A stretch of DNA of 63,505 nucleotides, the filler included, from Octopus bimaculoides (Eukaryota): the NCBI RefSeq assembly GCF_001194135.2. It is 9 parts of 8 records of this genome, joined end to end, with 100 filler letters (N's around TTAATTAATTAA, not from the genome) between each part and the next. Parts side by side here need not be neighbours in the genome. Positions count along the whole stretch, not along the records: positions 20,491 to 28,318 come from NW_026416190.1; positions 28,419 to 39,078 come from NC_068998.1; positions 39,179 to 42,828 come from NC_068989.1; 6 more parts are not named here. One strand, written 5' to 3'. A program made the translations under genes and the position numbers. A model generated the notes under the pieces. That model was not told the DNA's origin. It saw only the letters and a program-made list of their open reading frames with translations, and ran no database searches. Numbering within the stretch: the first letter of the stretch is position 1; the number at the start of each line of letters is the position of its first letter. This document shows, piece by piece, positions 25,748 to 39,179 of the stretch.

Positions 25748-26175
25748 ACTGTTGTTTGACCGTAACCAGTTGAACATGTCCCTTGGTGGCTGACGATATG
25801 TACATCTCTAATCACGAGCAGAAGTAGTGGGGGAGCATCTTAGCCATACGTTGAGAGGAATTCTTTGGGGTTTGAATAATACACCTCTGGAAGGATGGTT
25901 GTCTCATTCAACATCCTTAAACAACCCTTATTCAGGGACCTTTTGAGTGGGATGGGCTACTCGACCTGAAGAAAATTCTAACCGAGCCCCACCTGCGAGG
26001 TCATGCGCCGTTTACCTTGATATGAGATCACCATGTCGTGCACATATGGTTGTGATGCATGTGCCTGGTGTACCCTTATCAGACGGGTAGTCACGACGGG
26101 TATGTTGGGCTTAGTGTATTTTACCCCAGTGTCAATTTGATGGCATGCACTGCTCTCTCACTCGATAATAATAAT
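25748..26175 (+). mobile_element. Body and 3' end of long tRNA-headed repeat (family D)
   Basis: 25748-25985 is nearly identical to 49430-49670; ends in (AAT)n. Confidence 0.75.
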
Positions 26176-26390
26176 GGTTTCAAATTTTGGCACAAGGCCA
26201 GTATTTTGGGGAAAGGGGATTAATCGATTATGCTGACTCCAGTGTTCAATTGGTTCTTATTATATTGACCCTGAAAGGACGAAAGACAAAGTCAACATCA
26301 GTGGGATTTGAACTCGGAATGGAACGAGTCAGAAGAAATGCTATTAAGCATTTTATCCATGTTATTGATTCTGCCAGCTTGCTCCCTTCA
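26175..26390 (-). mobile_element. SINE family B
   Basis: Tail GGTTTCAAATTTTGGCACAAGGCC plus diverged core and head. Confidence 0.75.
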
Positions 26391-26999
26391 AAATAATAAT
26401 AATAATAATAATAAATAACTGAAAAATTAACATGGAAGAGGAAAAACACAAATAATTATACATATTTAATGATGACGATGATGGTGATGATGGTGATAAA
26501 AATCATAGAAAATATGAAACAGTGTGTATATACGATTGTTCATGGTCTGTTGGTTGTAAAATGCACAAAAAAAGATCAAAGTGGCTGTTTGTGAAAGCAA
26601 AGCAAATAATACAAAAGAAGTCGTTAGCTGTAAAACAAAGATGACTGTTTTAAAATCCTGTGTCTGGTGAAAGTTGGGAGGGAAGGGGGGTTACTNNNNN
26701 NNNNNNNNNNNNNNNNNNNNNNNNNNNNNNNNNNNNNNNNNNNNNNNNNNNNNNNNNNNNNNNNNNNNNNNNNNNNNNNNNNNNNNNNNNNNNNNNNNNN
26801 NNNNNNNNNNNNNNNNNNNNNNNNNNNNNNNNNNNNNNNNNNNNNNNNNNNNNNNNNNNNNNNNNNNNNNNNNNNNNNNNNNNNNNNNNNNNNNNNNNNN
26901 NNNNNNNNNNNNNNNNNNNNNNNNNNNNNNNNNNNNNNNNNNNNNNNNNNNNNNNNNNNNNNNNNNNNNNNNNNNNNNNNNNNNNNNNNNNNNNNNNNN

Positions 27000-27038
<39 letters not shown>

Positions 27039-27769
27039 AATGTAAACACGATGTACATGCATGCATACATATACAGAAGTAAACAGGAACGGCATTTCTG
27101 GAATGCTTAACCGTTTCTGGAGACCTAGGAGTCGAGTATATTATGTCACAGACATGTATAAATATATATTGTATATATTTTTATACACAAAATATGTGCA
27201 CATACCCACAGACACATATATATATACACACGCAAACAATCATTCTTGTAACACACAACTCTTCCTCAGTCTCTCTCTATATATATACATATATGCGTGT
27301 GTGTATATATATACATCGACACAAACACACACAGAGGCAATGCATATATTGATTATATCAATAATATATATATATATATATATATATCATGGAGAAACCA
27401 GGACCATCAGAGCAGAAACTATAAGAGAAGCCATCACTAATAGTACAGAGACCTCTAGCAAACATAAAAATATGCACACAACTGTTTTTCTATACACGGA
27501 TAAATTCATATACATCTATATATATAGATAGATAGATATGAACATATATCTATTTTCAAACAGATATACATACACACACACACAAATGAATATATATGAT
27601 ATATACACACATACACATGAACATGTATTATATAAGTACACACACATGGAAGCATGTATATGTGTATATATAAACATACACACACATGCATACAGATACA
27701 TACNNNNNNNNNNGAACTGTATCTCTTTCACTCTAACTTTTTCATCATACAACACAAGATCACCTCCTC

Positions 27770-28122
27770 CAACGTCCCCTTCTCAAAGTTTTTTCCTTTG
27801 CCTTGCAAGTGCTTGGTGACCCTGTTAGTGCAGATGACAAGTAAGATCAACCAGTCTACACTGTAGAGTAATTGGCGTTCGGAGGGTACCCAGTGGGAAA
27901 AACCTGGCCAAAACTGACCTCGCCTGTGCTTGTGCCATGTAAAACGTACAAAATCCACTGTGACGAGTGGTTTGTGTTAGAAAGGGCATCCAATTGTTAA
28001 AATACGGCCAAAATAGTCATGGACATGTAGGACAGGCTTTGGCCTGGTCAGCTATTGTGACACTGCCGCGTCCCAGCTGGGATGCAAGGTAGATGTCAAA
28101 TGATGATGTTGATGATGATGAT
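27770..28122 (+). mobile_element. Diverged RTE-type 3' UTR with (GAT)n tail
   Basis: GTTAGAAAGGGCATCCA motif shared with 22624-22640; ends TCAAATGATGATG. Confidence 0.6.
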
Positions 28123-28458
28123 ATACATATTTATACATCTTAATATGTGTGTGTGTATATACTGAATGTGTAGGTATATGCATATAGTGAATATATATAT
28201 AAAAACACATACGTATATATATTATATACACACATACACCATGTATATAGATACTATGTATATATATCATATATATATATATATATATACATTTACCATA
28301 TAATATATATATATATATNNNNNNNNNNNNNNNNNNNNNNNNNNNNNNNNNNNNNNNNNNNNTTAATTAATTAANNNNNNNNNNNNNNNNNNNNNNNNNN
28401 NNNNNNNNNNNNNNNNNNATATATATATATATATATATATACCGTATATTATATATTA

Positions 28459-29825
28459 CTAGCAGTTAAAAATCCGTCGTTGATCGGGTAATTACTTTTA
28501 CTGTTTATCGGGAGCCACATTGAAAGTATTATATATATAATTTACCTCTCTTCTATGTGTTTTTTTGTTTTAGAAGAGAAAACCATGTAATAATTGAAGT
28601 AGAAAAATATGTTTGTTTATTACATGATAACAAGTGAGATGTATGTGTTATTTTATTTATCAATACAGTAATTACAATTATATAATACAGTTCATTGAAA
28701 TAGGGACGACCTAGATAGATAGAGATACTCATTCTTGAATGTAATGATAGTAATGGTAAATGAAGTCATTGAAATATTCATGCTGCATTAAGAATGAATA
28801 TTTCTTTATGAACAATGTTTTTTGTTTTATTTCGGGGAACATAAGCCTTTACTACAAACATTGACCCAAACAGTGAGAATGTTTGGGTCAATGAAGTTTG
28901 TGCACAATTAATCTTGTACCATTGCATAATTTTGATTGAGACAAAATATGTAATAGGAGTCCCTTTTTTCAACTGAAGACAATGAGGAGCTGTACCTGGT
29001 GGTTGTAGTAAATTAATGAATTCGATGGGGTAGTTGACACTATCCTGATCATCATCAATACTATCAATTGAGTTATAAGTGAAGATTTCTGGAAGTTTAT
29101 TCAATAGCATATTATTAATGGTATGTAGAGGAACATTTTTTGGAGCCAGAATAGCTGTCACCGATGTAATCTGTATTGTTGTAATTATGAAGAAGATTAG
29201 GAAAGGTTTCATACATCAATTCATCGACGAAATCAGTTGAATTATATATTGCATTGAATGTAAGAAACTGTTCTTCATCAATAGGAACTCTCCCTGCACC
29301 GAGTTTCAAAAGCTGCTCTGCAAATAGTTCAGCTAACTGATCTCTTGAAAGCATTGATCTCATATAATAACTGAAGTAGAAAAGAGATAAACTTCTGTTT
29401 GTTTATTATATGAAAATAGTGAGTTTTATTTTTTATTATATTTATCAATACAGTAATGGCAATTATATAATACAGTTCATTGAAATAGGTAATTTAGTCA
29501 TTCATTAATGTAATGATAGTAATGGGAAATTAAGTTATTGAAGTATTCATGTTACATTAACAGTGAATATTTCTTTATAAACAATGTTTCTTTTGTTTTA
29601 TTTCGGAGTGCATACGCAAAAAGATTTGCTTTTGCTCTCACACGTGATACTCGTACATAAAGTTGGCCATGTGAAAAACATGGTTCTTGAAGTTGCAATC
29701 CAGCAACTTTTAGTGTTTGGCCCTGAGCTTTATTAATGCTCACGGCAATAGAAACTCGGATAGGAAACTGTAACCGTTAAATTAGAATGAGACATTAATC
29801 GGTATAACTGGTATGCGAGTTGTCA
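28459..29825 (-). mobile_element. Helitron 3' portion: two tandem PIF1-helicase C-termini and the 3' terminus
   Basis: Minus readings RIPVIP...SF.FKRLQFP...[29 protein letters not shown] (29825-29552) and YPIEFINLLQPPGTAPHCLQLKKGTPI (about 29050-28950); terminal CCCGATCAACGACGG imperfect hairpin, then CTAG followed by T at 28459-28462. Confidence 0.88.
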
Positions 29826-32800
29826 AAGAAAAAATTGTTTTGGCACCAACGGCTACACCAGATAAAAATGAAACAGGAGGAGAGGACGACAAAAGTCGTG
29901 AAGCCCCTCCTCAAGCTTAAAAGGTAAATATCACAACTTTTTATCATGATGATTAAGTTAGGGTATGTAAATGTGCGTGGCCTGGGGTCGAAATGGAAGC
30001 AGACATGCCTCCTAGACGACCTCAGGTCGCGAAAGATAGATATATGTGTTGTGACTGAGTCCAAGCTGAACTGCCCACCGGCGTTCTCGCCTCTTCTGAA
30101 AGACTACGAGAAATTTATTTCTCCGAGTCAAGGAAGGGACAGGGGAGTAGTGGTGCTATTATATAAAAAAAAAAAGCTTAAACGTACAGGTAAGTACAGT
30201 CTTTCTAGACCCAGAAGGTAGGCTGGTCATTCTAGATGTGACACATGTGAGTAAGCAGTCCTTCAGGTTGGTGGCAGTCTATTCTCCAAAAGAAGATAGT
30301 CAAACGGTTTTCTTTCGAGACTTGGAGAATTTCCTAGTGACGTCGTAAACTTTAGTTTTAACAGGAGACTTCAACAGTATTCTCTATGCGCTAGTGGATA
30401 GTGGAGGCTCGACTAATAGAAAAGGAAACCCTGGCCTAAAAAGGCTACTAGCGAGCTATAAACTAGTAGACCGCTACAGGCTGGATGAACCGCTCGTTCC
30501 ACAGTGGACGTGGTCTAATAACGACGGTTCACTCAGGTCTTACTTAGATAGGGTTATTATAAAAGGTAGTGATAGAGATATAGTTAGCTGTCCACAATTT
30601 CATTGTACCTCTTACACGGATCACAAATTTGTGACGTGTGAGATATAGTTAGCTAAGTGTCATAGACAGGGGCCCCGGGTACTGAAAGATGAACAAGTCT
30701 ATTTTGACTAGTAAAGTCTTCCGGACCCGGGTTAGGGAGTTAGTTCAGAGGGCATTGTGCGGAGCCATCGTGAACAACAGATGGTGGTGCGCCCTCAAAC
30801 GAGTCATTCGTTTAGAGTCTCTTAGATTTAGCAAGGAGCTAAGTTTAGAGGGGTCTAGAATAGAAGGGCAGTTAACTAAGGAATTAGAGGAGGTCAAAGC
30901 ATCAGGCTCTGCATCCAGAGTGTTGGCGGCGAGAACGGTATTATTCCGTCAGCTCCAAGCCAAAAAGGTGTAGAGTCAGGGCTAAGTTACGCGCGCTGGG
31001 CAGAGAAGGTATAAACGTTGCTGGATGGGCCCGTCGTGTGGAGAGTCGGAGAGGCAGAGAAGTCTCTGTACAGTCTTTAATTGACGAACAGGGGTGCTTG
31101 ATCGAAGGACAGGAGGAGATGCAGAAGACCTTTCATCAGCATTTTGCACGGTTGTTTGGGNNNNNNNNNNNNNNNNNNNNNNNNNNNNNNNNNNNNNNNN
31201 NNNNNNNNNNNNNNNNNNNNNNNNNNNNNNNNNNNNNNNNNNNNNNNNNNNNNNNNNNNNNNNNNNNNNNNNNNNNNNNNNNNNNNNNNNNNNNNNNNNN
31301 NNNNNNNNNNNNNNNNNNNNNNNNNNNNNNNNNNNNNNNNNNNNNNNNNNNNNNNNNNNNNNNNNNNNNNNNNNNNNNNNNNNNNNNNNNNNNNNNNNNN
31401 NNNNNNNNNNNNNNNNNNNNNNNNNNNNNNNNNNNNNNNNNNNNNNNNNNNNNNNNNNNNNNNNNNNNNNNNNNNNNNNNNNNNNNNNNNNNNNNNNNNN
31501 NNNNNNNNNNNNNNNNNNNNNNNNNNNNNNNNNNNNNNNNNNNNNNNNNNNNNNNNNNNNNNNNNNNNNNNNNNNNNNNNNNNNNNNNNNNNNNNNNNNN
31601 NNNNNNNNNNNNNNNNNNNNNNNNNNNNNNNNNNNNNNNNNNNNNNNNNNNNNNNNNNNNNNNNNNNNNNNNNNNNNNNNNNNNNNNNNNNNNNNNNNNN
31701 NNNNNNNNNNNNNNNNNNNNNNNNNNNNNNNNNNNNNNNNNNNNNNNNNNNNNNNNNNNNNNNNNNNNNNNNNNNNNNNNNNNNNNNNNNNNNNNNNNNN
31801 NNNNNNNNNNNNNNNNNNNNNNNNNNNNNNNNNNNNNNNNNNNNNNNNNNNNNNNNNCCCAGTTATGTGAGTCGGGGAGTGGTAACACTGGTCAGAAAAG
31901 ACCCGAACAAGAGGGACCATATTAGTAATTTCAGGCCCATAACTCCACTGAATGTAGAGTTAAAGATTTTGGCCAAGGTGTTAGCAAAAAGGTTGACGGT
32001 TGTCGCGGAGAAACTTGTCGGCAAGGCACAAACATGTGCCATCCCTGGCAGGTCCATCCAGGACAATCTTCATCTCTTACGCTATACCTTGGACAGGGTG
32101 GGTAAAGTTTCTGGTAAAGGTGAGGCATTGGTCCATTTAGACCAAAGTAAAGCCTTCGATAAGGTTGACCATCGGTACCTGGTGGCAGTCTTTGAGGTGG
32201 CTGGGCTGGGCCCAGATTTTCGCGGTTGGATCAAGGCCATTTATGGTGGCATCAAATCCACAGTCCAAATAAACGGTTACCTGTCGGAGCCGTTTGAGAT
32301 CAGGCGTTCAGTTCGTCAAGGGTGCCCTCTGTCTCTGTTTCTGTATGTACTGACTCTTGAGCCATTGCTGCGGAAGTTGGAGAATTTGGGAAGCACCACT
32401 AATGAAATCGGATGTGGTAAGAGTGTCTCTGCATATGCGGATNNNNNNNNNNAAAGGAATGTCGGCGGGCACTTGTGCTAATCCACAAGGCGGGTAAGGC
32501 CGGCAGCGGGAATACCACCTCTGCATTTTACAAAGGGTTGGTAGAGTTCAAAAGTGACGACTTTCTAGGAGAGACGCTAGGGCTCGATGAGAACCAGCTA
32601 TCCATCCTGTTTCAGAACACTTTCAGGGCGGGTATTTGGATAATTACCAAAAAATCCCTGACTTGGCAATGTTTCAGGAAAGCGTTACCTGTTCACGAGA
32701 AATTGTCTAGGCACGGAATTTCAGTGCCACCCGAATGTCCAAGATGCGGACAGGATAAGGAAACTATCCTGCACGCTCTTGTACAGTGCAACCAGCTTTC

Positions 32801-33180
32801 GAAGTTGACAGTTTACGTAGAACACGTGTTGTCACACCTGGGAAAAGTACAACTATTGGCTGAGTATGTGATAAATATTGTACCGCCCACCGGATTATCT
32901 AAGGAAGGTGAGGCTTATTTTCTATGTACAGTCGCAGTTATGAAAGAGTGTGCTTGGAGAACTAGAATGCAAGGTATGAAGACAGGATCCTTCATCTCCG
33001 GCTCTGGAATGCTATACTACTTCAGGTATCACCTGAAAAGCAAGATAGGGCTGGAGAGAAGGCACCTGTCGAGAAGAGTATATGAAGAAAGATGGAAGAA
33101 TGTGGTAAGGAAGCTGGGAGTGAGTGTCCCTACTTAATCTTTCCATGGTAAAAAGAAAAGGTGTAGCCGTTGGACAGTAA
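29826..33180 (+). mobile_element. Tx1/L1-clade LINE copy 1, 5'-truncated, ORF2 with stops and frameshifts (APE endonuclease, RT, CCHC finger)
   Basis: NVRGL, GDFN, SYLDR, TDHK (EN); NFRPITPLN, DQSKAFDKVDH, VRQGCPLS, YAD (RT); CPRCGQDKETILHALVQC. Confidence 0.92.
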
Positions 33181-34197
33181 TAAAAGGAAAAATTTAAGGA
33201 ATATTCCAATTTTAAAAAAATTATATAAGTAAATTTTTTTATTTTTAAACATATTTTCAAAAAAAAACTTTAAAAATAACTCGCTAAATGACTNNNNNNN
33301 NNNNNNNNNNNNNNNNNNNNNNNNNNNNNNNNNNNNNNNNNNNNNNNNNNNNNNNNNNNNNNNNNNNNNNNNNNNNNNNNNNNNNNNNNNNNNNNNNNNN
33401 NNNNNNNNNNNNNNNNNNNNNNNNNNNNNNNNNNNNNNNNNNNNNNNNNNNNNNNNNNNNNNNNNNNNNNNNNNNNNNNNNNNNNNNNNNNNNNNNNNNN
33501 NNNNNNNNNNNNNNNNNNNNNNNNNNNNNNNNNNNNNNNNNNNNNNNNNNNNNNNNNNNNNNNNNNNNNNNNNNNNNNNNNNNNNNNNNNNNNNNNNNNN
33601 NNNNNNNNNNNNNNNNNNNNNNNNNNNNNNNNNNNNNNNNNNNNNNNNNNNNNNNNNNNNNNNNNNNNNNNNNNNNNNNNNNNNNNNNNNNNNNNNNNNN
33701 NNNNNNNNNNNNNNNNNNNNNNNNNNNNNNNNNNNNNNNNNNNNNNNNNNNNNNNNNNNNNNNNNNNNNNNNNNNNNNNNNNNNNNNNNNNNNNNNNNNN
33801 NNNNNNNNNNNNNNNNNNNNNNNNNNNNNNNNNNNNNNNNNNNNNNNNNNNNNNNNNNNNNNNNNNNNNNNNNNNNNNNNNNNNNNNNNNNNNNNNNNNN
33901 NNNNNNNNNNNNNNNNNNNNNNNNNNNNNNNNNNNNNNNNNNNNNNNNNNNNNNNNNNNNNNNNNNNNNNNNNNNNNNNNNNNNNNNNNNNNNNNNNNNN
34001 NNNNNNNNNNNNNNNNNNNNNNNNNNNNNNNNNNNNNNNNNNNNNNNNNNNNNNNNNNNNNNNNNNNNNNNNNNNNNNNNNNNNNNNNNNNNNNNNNNNN
34101 NNNNNNNNNNNNNNNNNNNNNNNNNNNNNNNNNNNNNNNNNNNNNNNNNNNNNNNNNNNNNNNNNNNNNNNNNNNNNNNNNNNNNNNNNNNNNNNNN

Positions 34198-37100
34198 ATG
34201 GAAATTAAGTTAGATTGTATAAATGTCCGTGGCCTGGGGTCGAAATGGAAGCAAACTTGTCTCCTGGACAAGATCAGGTCACTAGAAATTGATATATGTG
34301 TTGCGACTGAGTCCAAGTTGAACGGGCCACAGGCGTTCTCGCCTCTTCTAAATGGCTATGAGAAATTTATTTCTCCTAGTCGACGGGGAGGCGGGGCGTG
34401 GTGGTGTTGTTCAGGAAAAGCTTGGACGAACAGGTAAGTACAGTCTTTTTGAACCCAGGGGGTAGGCTGGTCGTCCTAGATGTGACACACGCAAGTAAGC
34501 AGTCCTTCAGGTTGGTAGCGGTCTACGCTCCGAAAGAGGATAGGCAAGCTGGTTTTTTTCGAGACCTGAAGAGCTTTCTGGTGACGTCTAAAACTCTAGT
34601 TTTAACAGGAGACTTTAACACTATTCTCGACGCACAGGTGGATAGTGTTTGGCTCGACAGATAGAAGGGGAAATCCTAGCCTAAAAAGGCTACTAGCAAG
34701 CTATAACCCAGTAGACCGATATAGACTGGATGAGCCGCTCGTTCCACAGTGGACGTGGACTAATAACGACGATTCACACAGATCTTATTTAGATAGGATA
34801 ATTGTTAGAGATAGAGACAGTAATACGTTTAGTTGTCCACGCTTTTGTTGTGTCTTTTACACGGATCACAAATTTGTGACGTGTGAGGTGCACCTAGTTA
34901 AGTGTCATAGACAGGGACCAGGGTACTGGAAGATGAACAAGTCTATTTTGACTTCTAAAGTCTTCTGTAACCGGGTTAAGAAGTTAGTGCAGAGGGCATT
35001 ATGTGGCACCATCATTAATAATAGATGGTGGTGCGCGCTCAAGCGAGCCATTCGTTCTGAGTCTCTTAGATTTAGTAAAGAGCTAAGTTTAGAGAAGACT
35101 AGAATAGAAGGGAACTTAATTAAGGAATTAGAGGAGGCCATGGATTCTAGCTCTTTATCCAGAGTGATAGCGGTGAGAGCGGTGTTATTCCGTCATCTCA
35201 AAGCCAAACACGAAGGGTGGTAGAGTCAGGGCTAAGTTACGTGCGGTGGGTAGAGAAGGTATTAACGTTTCCGGATTGGCCCGTCGTGTGGAGTGTCGGA
35301 GAGGCAGAGAAGTCTATATAAAGTCTTTGATTGATGAGCAGGGGCGTACGATCAAAGGACAGGAGGAGATGCAAAAAGTTTTTCACCANNNNNNNNNNNN
35401 NNNNNNNNNNNNNNNNNNNNNNNNNNNNNNNNNNNNNNNNNNNNNNNNNNNNNNNNNNNNNNNNNNNNNNNNNNNNNNNNNNNNNNNNNNNNNNNNNNNN
35501 NNNNNNNNNNNNNNNNNNNNNNNNNNNNNNNNNNNNNNNNNNNNNNNNNNNNNNNNNNNNNNNNNNNNNNNNNNNNNNNNNNNNNNNNNNNNNNNNNNNN
35601 NNNNNNNNNNNNNNNNNNNNNNNNNNNNNNNNNNNNNNNNNNNNNNNNNNNNNNNNNNNNNNNNNNNNNNNNNNNNNNNNNNNNNNNNNNNNNNNNNNNN
35701 NNNNNNNNNNNNNNNNNNNNNNNNNNNNNNNNNNNNNNNNNNNNNNNNNNNNNNNNNNNNNNNNNNNNNNNNNNNNNNNNNNNNNNNNNNNNNNNNNNNN
35801 NNNNNNNNNNNNNNNNNNNNNNNNNNNNNNNNNNNNNNNNNNNNNNNNNNNNNNNNNNNNNNNNNNNNNNNNNNNNNNNNNNNNNNNNNNNNNNNNNNNN
35901 NNNNNNNNNNNNNNNNNNNNNNNNNNNNNNNNNNNNNNNNNNNNNNNNNNNNNNNNNNNNNNNNNNNNNNNNNNNNNNNNNNNNNNNNNNNNNNNNNNNN
36001 NNNNNNNNNNNNNNNNNNNNNNNNNNNNNNNNNNNNNNNNNNNNNNNNNNNNNNNNNNNNNNNNNNNNNNNNNNNNNNNNNNNNNNNNNNNNNNNNNNNN
36101 NNNNNNNNNNNNNNNNNNNNNNNNNNNNNNNNNNNNNNNNNNNNNNNNNNNNNNNNNNNNNNNNNNNNNNNNNNNNNNNNNNNNNNNNNNNNNNNNNNNN
36201 NNNNNNNNNNNNNNNNNNNNNNNNNNNNNNNNNNNNNNNNNNNNNNNNNNNNNNNNNNNNNNNNNNNNNNNNNNNNNNNNNNNNNNNNNNNNNNNNNNNN
36301 NNNNNNNNNNNNNNNNNNNNNNNNNNNNNNNNNNNNNNNNNNNNNNNNNNNNNNNNNNNNNNNNNNNNGGCATCTCCAATGAAAGCGGATGTGGTAAGTC
36401 TGTTTCTGCATATGCGGATGACGTCACAATCACCTTGTGTAGAGGATGCAATCAAAGGATACGAGGCGGTGGCAGGGGGAAAAGTTAACAAGGATAAGTC
36501 CATAGGTTTGCGGCTCGGCACCTGGAGCGGCAAGCCGATAACGTTCAGTGCCGTAGGGCACTGGACGGATGGTCCTGTTAAGTTGCTTGGAGTTTGGTTT
36601 GGTCCAGACTCCCAGACGGAGAATAATTGGAGTGAGGTGGCAGGCGAGGCCCTAGTCCGGACCTGTTCTGGAAGGGCACTGTTCCTGAAAGGGAGGGCGG
36701 AGGTAGTGTAGGTGTTTATTGCGTCTGTTATCACCTACTGTCTGACCGTTATCCCTTGCCCCGATTTGTGGTTAAGCAAGTTGGTGCGACTCCTCTTCCA
36801 CTTTTTGTGGAAGGGAAAACTGCTTGTGAGGTGCTCCGTATGCTGCCAAGAACCGCTAAAGGGTGGGTTAGGGATGCCGTGGCTATTGATACGCAGACAT
36901 GCACTGAGGCTAAGGTATCTCTGGCTCTAACTGGATGGTGGCCAGGTGTGGAATTCGTTTGCAAGGGAATTTTTTCCACGACTGACCTCCTTGAAGGAAT
37001 TTACACCCGGTTTGACAAAAAGATGGAATACGACTGAATGGCAAAAGGAGTGCCGATAGGCACTCGTGCTAATCCACAGGGCAGGCAAGGCCGGCAGCGG

Positions 37101-37760
37101 AAATACCACCTCTGTATTTTATAAAGGGATGGTAGAGTACAAGAGTGATGACGTCCTAGGAGAGGCTCTAGGGTTCGATGAAAACCAGTTAGTCAAACTG
37201 TTTCAAAACACCTTCAGGTCGGGGTATTTGGATAATTGCCAAAGATCCCTGACCTGGCAGTGTTACAGGGATGCGTTACCTGTCCGCGATAAATTGTCCA
37301 GGCAGGGAATATCAGTGCCACCGGAATCTCCAAGATGCAGGCAGGACAAAGAAACTGTTCTGCACACTCATTTACAGTGCCCGCTGCTTTCGAGCTTGAT
37401 AATTTACGTAGAACACATGTTGTCATACCTGGGAAGAATACAGCTATCAGCTGAGTCTATGATAAAGATTATACCGCCAACTGAACTATCAAAGGAAAGT
37501 GAGGCATGTTTTCTGTGTACGGTCGCACTAATGAAAGAGTGTGCATGGAGAACCAGAATGCAAGGAGTCGAGACAGGATCCTTCATCTCCGGCACTGGTC
37601 TGCTATACTACTTCAGGTACCAAATGAAGAGCAAGAAAGGGATGGAGAGGACACCTCTCGCGAAGCAATTATGAGAAAAGATGGAAGGACGTCGGGAGGA
37701 AGTTGGGAGTGACTGTCCCTACTTAATTCCACCCGTGATAAAAGCAAGGTGTAGTCGCTG
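34198..37760 (+). mobile_element. Tx1/L1-clade LINE copy 2, decayed ORF2 (RT core mostly in gap)
   Basis: MEIKLDCINVRGL, GDFN, SYLDR, TDHK, GPGYWKMN, SAYADDV, KLLGVWFGP and a C-terminal finger remnant; collinear with copy 1. Confidence 0.92.
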
Positions 37761-37933
37761 GATTTCCGGCTATTTATTGTGAAAATAAGTTTGGATAAAT
37801 TTTTAAATTGTATATAAATTGTATATAGGATTCATCCAATTTTTAATTATAAATTCACTTAGCTCATCTATATGTTTGTAACGTTCTGTATTATCTCTCT
37901 TTGTAAAAGATATTTATTATCATAATAAAGAAA

Positions 37934-38007
37934 TTGCTGGAATCGGCTGCTCAACATTGATAAGGGGCAAATACCCCGAAACTAGTCAGTAGATGCTAGA
38001 CCAGCAA
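37934..38007 (+). ncRNA. Minimal type I hammerhead ribozyme-like motif with U3-A8 core variant (stem I partly decayed)
   Basis: TTGATAA-GGGG CAAATA CCCC-GAAA-CTAG-TC at 37957-37987; palindromic stem III ACTAGT; distal helix TTGCTGG (37934-37940) / CCAGCAA (38001-38007). Confidence 0.55.
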
Positions 38008-39179
38008 GGGGAAGCGTCTGACCTCCCCTGTTCGAAGGTTATACTGGACACAGGTTCGTGTGTCACATAGCTATCTAGAGGTGATGGCCTCTTGAAGCTA
38101 ATCAACGGCAGCATTCGTCCTATTTTTCTGGACTGCCATGTTAGCTTGGCGATAACTATTAATATCCAGTACCGCTGAAGTAGTCTCCTTTAGAGACACT
38201 AAGAAATATTAATATATATATATTCTTTCAGAAATTTGACTGCAGCCATAACAAAATGATGGATACGCGTCACTTCATTACAGCTGTTTCCAGCGGATTT
38301 CTTTTATAGATTAATGAGTATATTACATCATAACTAAAAAAACCTCTTCCATCACATTTCAAAACAATATAAGAAGAACACTTTACCACAGTGGGCTAGC
38401 CGACTCCAGTTGAAGCTGGTTGATTCCATATGTTTCCAGTCGAAGCTGGCTTGGAATGAGAGAAACAGCAAAGCTGAGATGACATCAAGAGGTCAGTTAA
38501 GGCGTTCAAAAGATTTACGGCTTCAGGGCAGTTAGTGAGTATGTAAGTGTTTGGGGAGAGAAAAAGAGCCAAGCAGTCTCGTTCTTTATCTCCCTGCTAT
38601 TCATTCTATTAGATTTATTTTATTCTCTGACAGCTTTATTACCATCAGATCTGAGTTGGAGAATGGGTACATACGGCAATTAAGCATTTAAGAGTTTACC
38701 AAACAAAATCTTATTGAAACTAAATAGAAAGAGAAGGAACTTAATTAGGGGTTCAGGGTTATAACTAGAGAGAGTGGTGACCAAATGAGTGTGGGAGATA
38801 ATATTACCTAAATGGTATAGGTGAGATTATACATATGTGAGAGAAATACCAAAGTAACACTGAAGGAGACATAGAAAAGCGCGCAACCGATTAAGCGAGA
38901 GTGAGTATGAGAGGTAACATTCTCTGCAATTCGTCAATTACCTTTCCTCACACTACAGTTCTCAGTAAGAGAAAGAGCTTGTAAGCATGAGGAATAGTAG
39001 AAGTGTCACTGAATAATGAGAGAGGGGTTATTCGTTTTGTCAGATTTTACCAGACTGGAAACGGACCGGTTAATTTTCNNNNNNNNNNNNNNNNNNNNNN
39101 NNNNNNNNNNNNNNNNNNNNNNTTAATTAATTAANNNNNNNNNNNNNNNNNNNNNNNNNNNNNNNNNNNNNNNNNNNNG

